DNA of 64,000 bases, taken from the IMG/VR virus record IMGVR_UViG_3300024324_000009, positions 1 through 64,000 of that record; one strand, written 5' to 3'. Numbering within the stretch: the first letter of the stretch is position 1; each line of letters starts with the position of its first letter. The notes below the pieces were generated by a model. It had not been told where the DNA came from. It saw only the letters and a list, made by a program, of their open reading frames with translations, and ran no database searches. This stretch comes from a virus. Both the position numbers and the translations under genes were made by a program. Positions 9,301 to 20,500 of this stretch are shown here, piece after piece.

Positions 9301-12300
9301 CTCCTACAGTATTCGGTGCTGACACAATCTATGGAGGTTCCAATCCATTTGACTCAGCAAATATCTACAAACCAACAGATCAGATCGACATTGCTCAGGG
9401 TGGCCTACGAATCCGTAATGCCAAACTCGTGCAAGAGTCCACAAGTGGCAATCCCGGTCAAATAGGTTGGGATCAGAACGGTCTACTTTGCTATACAAGT
9501 TCAAGTTGGAAACGTGCTCCATTGCTTCGTTTCACAACTACTGTAAGCAATCCTACACTTGATAGTGTTGCACTTATTGTTGATGGCAATGCTAAACTTA
9601 CTGCAACTGCAAACGATCTTCAAGCAGCAGCAGGCTATGTTCCACAGACTGATAATAGTCTTGTGACTAAGGGTAGCATGGAAGATGGCACTGTGAAGGC
9701 TAAATTACCAATCGCAGGCGTTGACGGCACTGTTACACTGCTTGGTGCAAATAACATATTTAGTGTGTATAATGCTGGTAGTGAAAGTTTTATTATTAGT
9801 GCAGATCAACATATTGGCTTAGGAATGACTCCTGCCAGTAACGTACTACTTGATGGTACTACTGATCAGGCATTTGTTTACAGGTTCAAGAGCACCAACA
9901 CCGGACTATACGATGGTCGCTTTGGTACTAGAATCGAAAGCACTGAGTATATAAACTTTATTGTTGAGACAGTGGTTGACCCACAACAACAAACTTATGG
10001 TTTATGGGGTGGCAACAGTGGTGGAAGTAGTCCAATTATAGTAGGTAGTCAGACTGCCGATGTTCTTATCAGGTCTACTGGACCTACTGCTGATCAGTTT
10101 ATCAGATTTGATCTTCCTGTCATCAGTGGTCAAACTGGTGGTAGTATGGTTATTCCTGCTGGCAACAGTGTTCCTGCAAATCTACTTATAGGTGGCACAG
10201 GAGAGAATCCAAAGAGTTCCTTTACTATCTGTGCAAAGGCTGGTGGCAGTGCTGTAACCAATCCTCAAAGTGTGGTTTGGGCATCTCACATGGATGGAGA
10301 TCAGTATAGTGGTAGTGCTTACTTTAAGTTGGCACATGGTGACGATGGTAATAATAGCCAACTATCTTACTGGAATATTTTTGCCAGTACTCCAACAGAC
10401 ATTACAGATGCTAGTGGTGTTTATGAACGTACAGATTATACGTTTAGAATAGCCGGTACTGTAGCGAAAAGTACTGACGGGTCTGCTCCCGGTACTGTTA
10501 ATTACATCACCTGTGTTGAATCTACAGACACAAATCATTGTAAAGTTCAGATAAATCGAGATGTAGAATTTTTGTCGGCTGTTAGTGGTATCAATATTAG
10601 TAATCTGGACGATGTTGAATTTCCAGTTGGACCTAGCCCAGTTTCAGCAGATCAAATACTGCGTTACTCTACCCTTAACAACAAATGGGTTAATAGCAAT
10701 GCAGGAAATGCAGTACTAGGCAGTGCTCCTCTTGGTGGCTGGCCTGTTGGCTCAGTCGGTGAGGCTATTGCTAATGGTGCTGGTGCTGCCACTCTTCCGA
10801 TTAGTAGTGTTGATAACAACCTTGAAATCAGTCAAGTAGACACTAAATCGTTTGGCTTTAATATCCAAGGTTCGACTGCTGTAGAAATATCACAAAATAA
10901 CGGCAGTAACTCACCTACTATAAAGATTGGTGACCCTCACTCATTTGGAACTCCGGGTATTAGCACATATAACAGTGGAACTTTAGGTAGCAGTCAATCA
11001 CACTATCGCTTGGTAAGTCCAACAGGCACAGATGGTACTGGTCAAAACTATACCTATCTTGGTGTTACGAACCCAACTTTCAGTTCTGCCGGAACTGTAC
11101 TAACTGGTGGCACAGCCTATGTTGCTAGTCAAAGAGACATGGTTGTTGGTGCAGGTATCGATATCAACGATGTCACTAGAGCAATCAAGTTTAATGTTGG
11201 CAATTGGGCTGAAGTTAACACTGAAATGAAGATAGAACGCAACAAGGTCATGACAAGACCAGCATACAACTACTGGGCTTGTGGTAACAATTATGATATT
11301 GAAAGTTCTAAGTTCTACCTACATTACAGAGGAGATACTTCTAAATACCAAGTTGGTGTTGGCATACCTCCTAGTCAAGCACAGCCTGCTAGTGACTTTG
11401 TAGTAGGAAGTACTGTTTCTGGTAGTTCAACAATCTCTACTATTCAAAGTCGAGGTTTTGCAACTATTCAGTATAATCAGTTTAGAGGTGATGATGGTTA
11501 CTTGAATATCTCTCGTCAAAATCAAAATGGTGTAATCAGTTTTGCGAGCAATGAAGACTCAACTGGCAGAGGGGCCGAGAACATCATGCAGTTCGTGCCT
11601 ACTACGCAAGCCATAAGAATGAATTATAATGTTGGTTTAAATTGTGCTGTGGGTGATACAAGACTACAGGTAGAAAATCCCGGTGCCAGTGGTACTCAAA
11701 CCGTTTACGGTATGATTGTTGGTGGCAACATGGGTGCTACCTCAATTATTACCAATGCAAGTTGCAGACAAGATCAGACTACTGCTGCTGGTTTCTATTC
11801 CTATAATAGTGTGTCAGCAAATGTAACTTTGGGAACACTATATTGCTTCAGAGCAGATTCACCAAACACTCTAGCAGGAGATGTAAATTCTCATGTAGGC
11901 TTCTATGCTGGTCAAGGTATTAAACATGGTGCTGGTAACAGTATAGGCTTCAGTTCGGCTGTACCAAGTGGAGAGAGCAACTGGGCATTCTTTAGTAATA
12001 CTCCCGGTACTCAATCTTACATGAAAGGCAATGTTGGAATTGGTTCGAACCAAAGTAAACCAGCCTACAAACTTTGTGTAGCAGCAGAAGAAGATGACAC
12101 TTACACTTTAAGAGTTGGTAATAATGCTGGTGGAGCAGGTAATATTAGAGGTACTACAAGAATTGGTATAGATGCATTTGGTCCAACAAACACCCATTCT
12201 TCTGTAGCACTGATGGTTAATCAGCACAATACCACTAGTAGTTTTCAGGGTGATCTACACATCCAAATGAGACAGGATCAGACTGACTCACTACCAGTAA

Positions 12301-12983
12301 GTAAGTTTGTATTTACTCCTGAAGGTAACTTTGGTGTTAACGCTAGTGGAGTGTCAGAAGCCCTAGTAGCACTTGATGTTAACAGTGACAGGATAGCCAT
12401 TAGAGACGAATATACTCCTAATGCACTTTCAGCAGGTACAATCGGTGAAATTGGCTGGGATGAAGACTATATCTGGGTCAGAACACCCGCAGGCTGGAAG
12501 AAATCTGCACTTGATACATTTAATGGCAGCGGCAGTTCTTCAAGTGTTGTAAGAGGTTCTGTTGCTGCAACAGGAACTCAGACAGACTTTACTGTTACTG
12601 AAGGCTATACTGCTAATCAGTTAGATGTTTATGTCAACGGTGTCAAGATGCTTGATACCACAGACTACACTGCCTCAAACGGTTCCACAATCGTTCTAGC
12701 AACGCCTGCTGCTAGTGGAGATATTGTACAGTATACAGCATACTCAAACGTAAGTGTTACACTAGCAACACAAGCAGGCACTCCACTATCATCTAGTGAT
12801 GCTGGAAGTATTGGCGATATTAAGCATAGCGACCATTATATATGGGTTAAGACAAGTGCAGGTTGGAAGAAATCTCCACTATATGCCTTTAACCAAACTC
12901 CTAGTTTGACCGTTCGTGTGACTCAGGCTGAGTATGATGCTCTGACCCCTGATTCTGATATAACTTATGTAATTGTGGGGTAA
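6330..12983 (+). CDS. Long tail fibre/adhesin (2217 aa) with Mtd_N/hyaluronidase-type N-terminal domain
   Basis: N-terminus IKLKRD...W...NPILSLGEPGYERDTGKLKIGDG..PW.DL.Y; three ~75-aa internal repeats; three G.I.W/H...YIWV...WK[K/R] motifs; VYVNGV domain; ends VTQAEYDALTPD...YVIVG. Confidence 0.8.
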   Translation: MAVYKLIKLKRDYTANWTLLNPILSLGEPGYERDTGKLKIGDGVTPWVDLDYIKVDMDDVVIDPDDLADVLNNVLQGGFGIDIIYSDPSDTILIRTTGLATQSDFIALSGDVANLDSALIFRGITDPTQLNSAPTDPVPDNGDMWISNASGQIDGSWVNLSGQDIVVDQFMLYEEDANGWVLGGNAVGVDLSDYATKAELNNLQYQVNQNSNNISVNYLDIQQNIVDIINLKNSTNNQQTQIDALIQATGHIHDQDIYQIFNDLIILQDNYTALSGYSDARDDSLQQQINAISGAIPPEVDLSVISGYIAANTASGVVVLGKADQNSDDIATLSGLIDGGLDFKGYINPTVTGSAPSLPTNGDLWISDTSGVIDNGWTCIAGQDVGVNQWMIYSDDDTCWQLGPATDIDLSAYALKTELNTVSGLVDQNATDIITISGLVGSGIPSGLVEYSTGLAIRHGSTEVSVNEVSGNSVIDLTNWKIKDGHFIPNSNASFDLGNAEYKVRHLFLSDNSIYMGEGNLSATSGSTVLLWNGEPLAKITDINTIISGELAEQKLLDLQDVTSDGPVEQYAVPVYNQGTSEYKVKRLTPLEVEDTSTPPLDGYPAGSLGNELQDIKGDIQSNTILISGIAEDIVEIPDAVIFKGVTDPTVSGSAPAGPDNGDMWVSNNSGLIDGSWTGLSGEDVLENQFLLYSTGLNVWLRGGKIDVSDLSDQYLPLTGNLNPNDQKLDAVAFTSNVVTTSISGLYPSSRYIGNLTYINHPNQPLPVAAQVYGPSEFNVNRSDYSRDWKDGIDYGFDCVSILYENEDIPEAGYSWSIKVGPPSKYFPSGIANNGKPYQQNRYRDPNPKGWNPAFLAQRAAIRGQGAFEFRPYVTTASQDMTTAPYQVGFRSCPQNDIEFYKVYANEPSATPTYIGFHSDPRQQVFDNGPIGSSTKGYALHIDFRAGSDYELFQGTGHGRVYGFFADMLNKGGANVAGFIERGAEFNQLQAPTVFGADTIYGGSNPFDSANIYKPTDQIDIAQGGLRIRNAKLVQESTSGNPGQIGWDQNGLLCYTSSSWKRAPLLRFTTTVSNPTLDSVALIVDGNAKLTATANDLQAAAGYVPQTDNSLVTKGSMEDGTVKAKLPIAGVDGTVTLLGANNIFSVYNAGSESFIISADQHIGLGMTPASNVLLDGTTDQAFVYRFKSTNTGLYDGRFGTRIESTEYINFIVETVVDPQQQTYGLWGGNSGGSSPIIVGSQTADVLIRSTGPTADQFIRFDLPVISGQTGGSMVIPAGNSVPANLLIGGTGENPKSSFTICAKAGGSAVTNPQSVVWASHMDGDQYSGSAYFKLAHGDDGNNSQLSYWNIFASTPTDITDASGVYERTDYTFRIAGTVAKSTDGSAPGTVNYITCVESTDTNHCKVQINRDVEFLSAVSGINISNLDDVEFPVGPSPVSADQILRYSTLNNKWVNSNAGNAVLGSAPLGGWPVGSVGEAIANGAGAATLPISSVDNNLEISQVDTKSFGFNIQGSTAVEISQNNGSNSPTIKIGDPHSFGTPGISTYNSGTLGSSQSHYRLVSPTGTDGTGQNYTYLGVTNPTFSSAGTVLTGGTAYVASQRDMVVGAGIDINDVTRAIKFNVGNWAEVNTEMKIERNKVMTRPAYNYWACGNNYDIESSKFYLHYRGDTSKYQVGVGIPPSQAQPASDFVVGSTVSGSSTISTIQSRGFATIQYNQFRGDDGYLNISRQNQNGVISFASNEDSTGRGAENIMQFVPTTQAIRMNYNVGLNCAVGDTRLQVENPGASGTQTVYGMIVGGNMGATSIITNASCRQDQTTAAGFYSYNSVSANVTLGTLYCFRADSPNTLAGDVNSHVGFYAGQGIKHGAGNSIGFSSAVPSGESNWAFFSNTPGTQSYMKGNVGIGSNQSKPAYKLCVAAEEDDTYTLRVGNNAGGAGNIRGTTRIGIDAFGPTNTHSSVALMVNQHNTTSSFQGDLHIQMRQDQTDSLPVSKFVFTPEGNFGVNASGVSEALVALDVNSDRIAIRDEYTPNALSAGTIGEIGWDEDYIWVRTPAGWKKSALDTFNGSGSSSSVVRGSVAATGTQTDFTVTEGYTANQLDVYVNGVKMLDTTDYTASNGSTIVLATPAASGDIVQYTAYSNVSVTLATQAGTPLSSSDAGSIGDIKHSDHYIWVKTSAGWKKSPLYAFNQTPSLTVRVTQAEYDALTPDSDITYVIVG
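6690..8477 (+). repeat. Three ~75-aa internal repeats (about 6690-6920, 7356-7577, 8256-8477)
   Basis: F[R/K]G..[D/N]PT...AP....NGD[M/L]W.S..SG.ID..W....G.D....Q...Y......W..G.....DLS occurs three times. Confidence 0.85.
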
Positions 12984-12986
12984 AAT

Positions 12987-13442
12987 ATGCCATTTATAAA
13001 ATGGGACGAAGCAGATGATGTTAAAAATGGTACTGACGATGTAGACAAAGTCTACATCGGTTCAGACCAAATGTACCCACCCGATAATAATTATGCTCTA
13101 AGCAGTCCTGTAAATGTGACAGTAAGCGGAGGTAAATACTATTTTGATGGTCAAGACCCAGACCAGTATACTGTAACATCAGGATCATACTTATTCCAAA
13201 ATATTCCTTCAAGTCACCCTATGGCCTTTACCATGAACCAAGCAGGACAAAATGTTGTTTTTGGTGGTCAAGGTGCAAATGCAGTAGGACAAAAAACTTC
13301 TACTATAGATGGTCAAACTTACACCTATTGGCATGGTGATATAATCTTGTATATTACAGGCCCATCTAATGACTTCTCCTATGAGTGCTATTATCACGGC
13401 CCTATGGGTGGTCAGGACAGAATGAAGAACTTAGCCACTTAA
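12987..13442 (+). CDS. Small virion-associated protein with cupredoxin-like H...CxxHxxM motif
   Basis: N-terminal DVKNGTDDVDKVYIGSDQMYP fibre-associated motif; SHPMAF ... YECYYHGPMGG. Confidence 0.55.
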   Translation: MPFIKWDEADDVKNGTDDVDKVYIGSDQMYPPDNNYALSSPVNVTVSGGKYYFDGQDPDQYTVTSGSYLFQNIPSSHPMAFTMNQAGQNVVFGGQGANAVGQKTSTIDGQTYTYWHGDIILYITGPSNDFSYECYYHGPMGGQDRMKNLAT

Positions 13443-13464
13443 TTTTACAGGATCGGGGATTATA

Positions 13465-13472
13465 GGTGTATA
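13465..13472 (+). promoter_or_regulatory. GGTGTATA motif, candidate late promoter
   Basis: Intergenic, about 38 nt upstream of ATG 13510 (GGAG RBS). Confidence 0.4.
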
Positions 13473-13509
13473 TACTCTTGAGTAGTTTACATATTATGGA
13501 GATACAATA

Positions 13510-14049
13510 ATGGGCTGGCAAGTAGAATTAAATTTGATGGTCAGGTCGCTAATTTGCGATATGTCCGATGAACCAAATTTTTCTGATGAAAGAATCCAGC
13601 AGGTTATTGTCATTGCTGCACAATATGTTATCCATGAGTTGGACATTCTTAGTCACTATGAGATTGATATTAAAAACTTGGTTATTACACCCGACCCAAC
13701 TAATCCTAGAGATGTAATATTTCTTGGATTGGTAGCCCTCAAAGCTGCCTGTATGCTGGATCAATGCACATTTAGAAATCGTGCAAATGCTGAAGGTGTA
13801 AAAGCTGTTCTTGGACCAGCAGCCCTGACTGTTACTAACAATCTCAAAGGATTTGGACAAATTTTGGAAATGGCTCCCGGCCCTTGTGCCAAATATGAGC
13901 AATTAAAGAAAGAGTACCTGTTCGGTGGAACCAGAGCGATTCGTGCAGTTCTATCTCCATTTGTAGGAAATGAATTTGATCCGACACACTACGGTCTCGG
14001 TAGAGACTATATGGCTGGAGAAGATCACAGATCAGGCGACTTTAATTAA
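13510..14049 (+). CDS. Putative head-tail adaptor/connector
   Basis: 179 aa, helical N-terminus VRSLICD...FSDERI resembling adaptor proteins; structural context. The call is inferential. Confidence 0.45.
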   Translation: MGWQVELNLMVRSLICDMSDEPNFSDERIQQVIVIAAQYVIHELDILSHYEIDIKNLVITPDPTNPRDVIFLGLVALKAACMLDQCTFRNRANAEGVKAVLGPAALTVTNNLKGFGQILEMAPGPCAKYEQLKKEYLFGGTRAIRAVLSPFVGNEFDPTHYGLGRDYMAGEDHRSGDFN

Positions 14050-14107
14050 TTTTAGTCTTTGGACGTAAAATAATCTTAAAGAACCACATTATTAGGATGG
14101 GAATCTT

Positions 14108-14575
14108 ATGCCTGCTGCAAATTATAATTTTACTATAGAGCAAGGTTCATCCTTCGCTATCTCTTTTCAATATTTAGACAATGAGCAAAACCCCATTGAT
14201 ATCACCAACTGGTGTGCAAGGTTACGCTGGAAAGAAGATGTTATTGATCCTGACACTGGAATCAATAGAATCAGAACATTTGTCACTCCCACAATAAGTG
14301 CTGAGTATGCTTTTACCACCATCCCAAAAGAAGGTAAAATGATTCTCAAAATTCCTGCTGATGAAACCGCTAGCTATGATTTCAACACAGCAAATTATGA
14401 CTTAGAGTTGCAGGAGCCTAATGACCTATATAGTGGTGGTGGCAAGATTGTGTTTAGAATCTTACAAGGTATCGTTACCTTGACTAGACCAAATGTTCCT
14501 GATCCTGATCAACCATTTGATTGTGATCCTGACGCTAATAATCCAGACGTACACCCCGGTTGTGGAACCTGTTAA
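14108..14575 (+). CDS. BppU-N-like fibre-anchoring/baseplate adaptor protein
   Basis: YNFTIEQGSSF...PIDIT...YDLEL...RILQG.V pattern typical of small proteins that precede collagen-containing fibres. Confidence 0.6.
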   Translation: MPAANYNFTIEQGSSFAISFQYLDNEQNPIDITNWCARLRWKEDVIDPDTGINRIRTFVTPTISAEYAFTTIPKEGKMILKIPADETASYDFNTANYDLELQEPNDLYSGGGKIVFRILQGIVTLTRPNVPDPDQPFDCDPDANNPDVHPGCGTC

Positions 14576-17500
14576 TGAGTTGCTCTGTAAATGTACAACA
14601 AATAATCGGACCTTTAAATACTTTAGTTATTGAACGCCAAGAAGATGCAGGCGATCCGGGTTCTATTACAACTACAAATATTATCATCAGTAATGATGTT
14701 CTGCAACAGATAGAAGTTGTAGATATTTGTAGAGGTACACAAGGACCATCTGGCCCGCCGGGAGCAGAAGGGCCACCGGGACCAAGCGGTTTACCCGGAC
14801 CAACTTTTGATATACTGCCCATAGTCAGTGGAGGAACTAATAATAATTCTTTTAGTGCTGATTATATCATTTATTATGATGGTGCTAGTGATCAGTTGGC
14901 TAGTAGCAATTATACTATAGATGATATTATTGCAGGTGCTCAAGCCTTAACAGGAATTGTTGAAGGTTCAGGTATACAAAAAACCGACCTAGGAAATAAT
15001 CAAATTAAATTAGATGCTATTGTCGGAGATGGCTTAGACGTACACAGAACTACAAATGCTATTTTTGTTGATGGCACCATAGCAAGACTTGATGATCTTA
15101 CACCCGGACAATTTCAAGGTGTTTTACCCGTATCTAAAGGCGGTACAGCCAATACGTCTTATCTTGATGGTAAACTGATAACTTTTGATTCTACTGCTTT
15201 AAATGGCTCAGGACAGTTCATAAGTGCTGGCAATCTAAATGCAGATGAGATTGTAGTTAGTGGGAATGGATTCACCCTAGCTGCTGGATCAGGACTCGTG
15301 AATGGTGGTTTTGTTATTATACCTAATGGTACAGGCAGGATAGATATTCCAGAGTCGGCAGATATTACTGTTTTTGCTGACAGCTTTGAACTTAGTCAAA
15401 CAGGAACACCCGGTACATACACAAAGGTAACAACAGACTCCAAAGGACGAGTGGAAGCCGGTGGACAACTCACTCCTTCTGATATATATAATATTTTAGG
15501 TTATATACCTTGGCATTCTGGTAATGATGGTTGTGGTTCTCTGCTTGATGCAGATATGCTTTGCGGCCAGAGTGGTGATTATTACCTTGATGCAACAAAT
15601 ATAACAGGTATTATTAATACTGGTGTTCTACCAGACATAATGGTTGACGGTAGATATACCAAAGTAGACGTAAACACTAAAGGCCTAGTGACTTCTGGAA
15701 TGCAGATGACACCACAGGACATAGAAGACATACTCGGCTATGATCCTGTCCGACCAACTGGTGGCGTAGATTTCTGTGGAGACATAGAACTTCATGGTAG
15801 CCTATTTATCAACAAGCCAACAGGTTGCCCCGGAGCAACTTCAGGTCTTCTAAGAGTGTACGACAATATGCCTTTGATTGCTAGAAATAATGCTGATATA
15901 GGAGTAGACGAACCTAGAGGTGTTAGCTTTGTTTACGGTGGTGGTTTTATTGCCAGAACAGGTTCTATCGCTTATTATCCTACAGAAGATGTTGTTTATG
16001 TTACTACTAACATGACAGCTAATAACAACGGTGTTGATGGAGGAGACAGCGACGACGACTTTCAAGATGATGTTAACGGAGGAGATGCTAATTCTACATT
16101 CCCTATTAGTAATCTCACAGGAACGAAACGACTCTTACTATACAAAGATACAGCAGATGAACTGTATGTTAGTCTTACAAAAGACCAGCAGATTGTAGCG
16201 GGTTTTAAAAAATGGATTAATGGTATAGGTGTTAATGATCAAGTAATTATATATGATAATGATGGCAATCCTACAGTTCCTCCAACTAATGTAGGCAGCA
16301 ATACATTACTAAATGTAAATTTTAATGCGGATTTATTAGACAGTCAACACGGAGAGTATTATTTAGACGCTAATAATATTACTGGTATTTTTGATCCTAC
16401 TAAAGTTAGTTTTGGTTTTATTGAAGGCACTAAAAATTATATACCTAAATTCGATGGGGATAATAATCCCGCCAACATTATTCGTGACAGTGTAATGTAT
16501 GAAGATGGTGCCACCAGAGATATTACTATAGGAGAAGAAAAGAATCTTATAGTCGGAGCAAACCAAAGGAATGACCAATCGCCTTCAACCAGAAATGCAA
16601 TGATTGGTGAAGATAATGGGATTAGTTCAGCAGACAATTCTTTGCTTGTCGGACAACAAAATCAGGTTCATGATGCAAAAAATGTTATAGCCGCTGGTTT
16701 TAAAGCCAGTGGACTTAAAGACAATTCTATAGCACACGGTAAATATGGTACTACTTGGCTAGAAAATCAAATAGCACATGGGGCTTACAGAGTAGATGAC
16801 TCTAACAACCTACTCATAGAACATGGTCAAGCTAGTGACTACATGATGTATCTAGAAGGTCAAACCGCAACTAACTGGGCAAACCTCATTCCTTCTGTAC
16901 AATTACCAGATGATACTACGCTGGCTTTTAAAGTATCTATGTTGATGAACAGTGCTTTTTCTACTGGAGTGGCAGAATTTGAATTTTATAGTGGCATTGT
17001 TAAAAATGTAAAACTTCGTGACCCTAGTAACATATCTGAAATTATAAATGTTACTACAATTATGCAGCAACCTAAAAAGAATGAGATATATAACAACTCA
17101 CATATACACGATTACTATTTGCAGTTGATGTGTACAGAATTAAATGAAATTCAGAATGAAACTATTAAAGTTAATGATTCTCCCATAGATTTGCTACCAA
17201 TAAGAATAGATAATGAACCAACAGAGATTATTTCTAAATATGAAGACCCAGATGGATACAATGCTACTTATCTTAAAGACAACTTAGGAAACATGAGTAT
17301 TACTCTTGATGCTGCATCTATAACAGGAAATTATGTTGGTAGCACTGAAGGTGATTTAAGAGTGTCTTGTAGAGACCACGGCTTGCTTCAGGGTGAATAT
17401 GCATACATAGAATTTACTAGTCACAATCAAGTATCGTTTCCTGATGACAGATATTTAGTTAAGTCTGTTGTTGATGAAAATACTTTTGTTTTACAAGGTT

Positions 17501-20500
17501 TGCATTTCAGGGCAGAGAAACAAACTGACAACTCACTAGGTGTACTTACCATATTGCCTGATGACATTAGAAAGTTAGACTCAGCAAATACCGTAACTAT
17601 GACAGGTCTCACTAGGATAGGCACTAATGGATATGAGATTAGAGATGATAATCAAGTAGGCCTTAATAGATTCCTTAGTTTGGCTAGCCCAGACTCACAT
17701 CTTGAGGTTACTATCAATAATGATCCTAATGCCAAACATTATTGCCTTTACCGAAATTTTTCTATAGATAATTTTAACAGGGAGTTATTGGAGGTAGACT
17801 CAACTGACTCTTCAGGAACATCTGTCATTAGAGATATATCCTATAAAGATTACACATATGAGTTTATAAGAAAAGCAGAATCCCTTAGTGTTTCTGGTAC
17901 AGCATCTACTGTTAATTGGTTAAATAGTAATACAACTAGTCTTGCAAAATATGTAGAAGGTGGAAATGATGCTTATACAGCTATCACTGTTAATGGCGAC
18001 ACATATCTTTCTCCTATTACAGATAATATAGAGGTAATTGGACCTGCACCTACTGGCATGTCCCTTTATCTTGCACAAACCTTATCTAGTGTGAATGATG
18101 GAGATATAGTAAATATTTCTGTCACTCATACCGGAGTAGAAGGAACTCTTAAAGTCAGGCAAAGACAAAAACATACTGGTTCATACCAAAGAATACAGTA
18201 TAATCCTAATGAGCAAATAGACTGTGTATATACTCTTTATCCTAGCGAAGACCCCGCCCTACCTGCTAGAGTACATATTTACGCAGAAGACTACCAAGAC
18301 TTAGGATTATTAGACAATCCTTACGAGTTCGTTCTTTATGACGATCTTATTACTCCTACGGATAACGATAAATTTAAAATCGTATCTGATAACGATGTTT
18401 ACTATTTGTATACCGCAGTAGACATGCCAATGTCTAACATATCCTATACTGTAGAGATCAGAGCCATTAATGTATATGGTGAAGTAGATATAGATCAAAT
18501 TTTACAGGTAAATGTTTCTGATACTTTGTCTTTAGCAAACAATGAAAAGGGCTTAGACTCAATACTTCTTACAAACAATACAATAGCTACAGGAACCCCT
18601 GCCGACACATACGTAGGAACAATTTCTGGCAACGGTGGATATAATCCTTATGTGGTATTTGACACACCATACAATGGTTTTGAAGCAACATTTGTTTCAG
18701 GAACAGACCTCGTTACGTGTACAGGAAATATTAAAAAGTATGACACAACAGAATTAATTGGAGACCCATGCTTTTTGTGCAGTGGCTCTACCATATCTGT
18801 AGATTTTAAGAGATTCAGTGTTCCAGATAGAACCCTTGAAGTTCTTGAGGTTTACTGTGAAACAGGACTCGCGGTTTCTCCAGTTTTTAACAATAGTGCC
18901 GTAGTTAAGTTCGTGTGGACAGACCCATCTCAGGTTGGTTCTGTTATTAATACTCAGACTTTTAATGTTAACGGCAGCGACATACAGTACACTGTTACTG
19001 ACACAGGACTACCATATGGTTTTGAAGCACTTGCTGCAAACACTACGGTTCCTGAGATAACAGGTTCTTTTGAACCCAACATCGAATGGATAGAGTACAC
19101 TGGTTTAGCTTCTGAACTTTATGATACGGCTTCTGACGTAAACTATACCACTACAACATTTACTCCTAGCCAACCAATATCAGGTTTACAAAAAGACGTA
19201 GGACAAGCCGTTCTTGATTTTCCAACTCCTGTTACTGGCTTGGTTCTTTGGTTTAGAGATATTGAATCTTCTAATTCTCAAGACGGTTATATTCTACAGC
19301 AAGACTCATTTAAAATCGCTTTGGAAGATAGTACTGGATTTATTCAAAATGATTCTGATTATTCTAACAGCGGATTATTGGTTGCAGATAGACCAATCTA
19401 TATTCTTGAAGGTTCTAACGCACTCAGCAACATATCTGATAACATCATACCTTTTTCTGGTGCTAGTATTGACATGATAGTATGCATGACAGGTGTGGTA
19501 TCAGGAGAAGTTAGATTCTCGGTATTAGCAGACGCAGGAACCAATTACAAGGTAGCTGTCGGTGAACTACAACAATACACTTTTAATAGTAATTCTAATC
19601 CTGTTATTAGAGTAAGTGAAGTTTATGAAGATACAATAGACAACCAAGGAGCAGTAATTACATATACTGGAACCCCTATTGATTCTGGAAATTACATAAT
19701 CAGTGGATTAAAAGAAGGTCCGGTATTTCGTAGCTGTCAAGAGAATGACGACGATGGCTTCTTTGGTTATGAAACCCAAGCAAATGGACTATGTTATGTT
19801 ACAGGAGAATGCAAAGTTTATTCTTCTATAGTTGGTCCTGATGGAGAAGGTGAAGCAGTATACAGAGTCACTTTTCCAGAAAATATTTATATAAGTTATG
19901 ATAGCGAATCATATATACAGTTGTCTAATTGGACACCAACAGACTCAAATCCAAATGGAGAAGTTCTTATTACTCCTTCAGATGGTCACTACCCTATTAC
20001 TGAAGTTTCTGGCATTAGTAACAACTCCTTCCTGATTCCTGAACAATACGCTATTGCTTTGCCAGTTGATGGCACAGGACTAAGTAGCCAAGGTACTGTG
20101 AGTGGTTCTTTTGATATTTATCATGAATACAAGAGCCTTCCAAGTAACATTATTAATCAAGTGCCCGGAGACTTCTTGACTGTAGAACGAACCTACAATC
20201 CTCCTGTATTAGACCCTGACTATAGACCTAAAAATGATCTTTTTGATATTTTGTCAATACAAGGTAATAGGATTATTACAGAAGATAAGAAAAATTATGT
20301 TCTTATAGAAGACGATAGACCTCCTTATCTTGACCATACAATTCGTGGAATATACACTAATGACTCTAGAGAGTTCTACGCAAATGTTAAACGGTACGGA
20401 AACAGATTAATTGACCTTAGATTTGAGAAAGACCTAGAAAGCAGACGACTACCTTATGCTGATGGACCGTGGGCCTATAAAGACCTTTATGTCGGTGCTG

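Noticed and set aside
13473-13484. TACTC-TT-GAGTA hairpin as a terminator
   Set aside because: The stem is only 5 bp and AT-rich with no proper U-tract. I found no convincing intrinsic terminator, tRNA or other structured RNA in the window.
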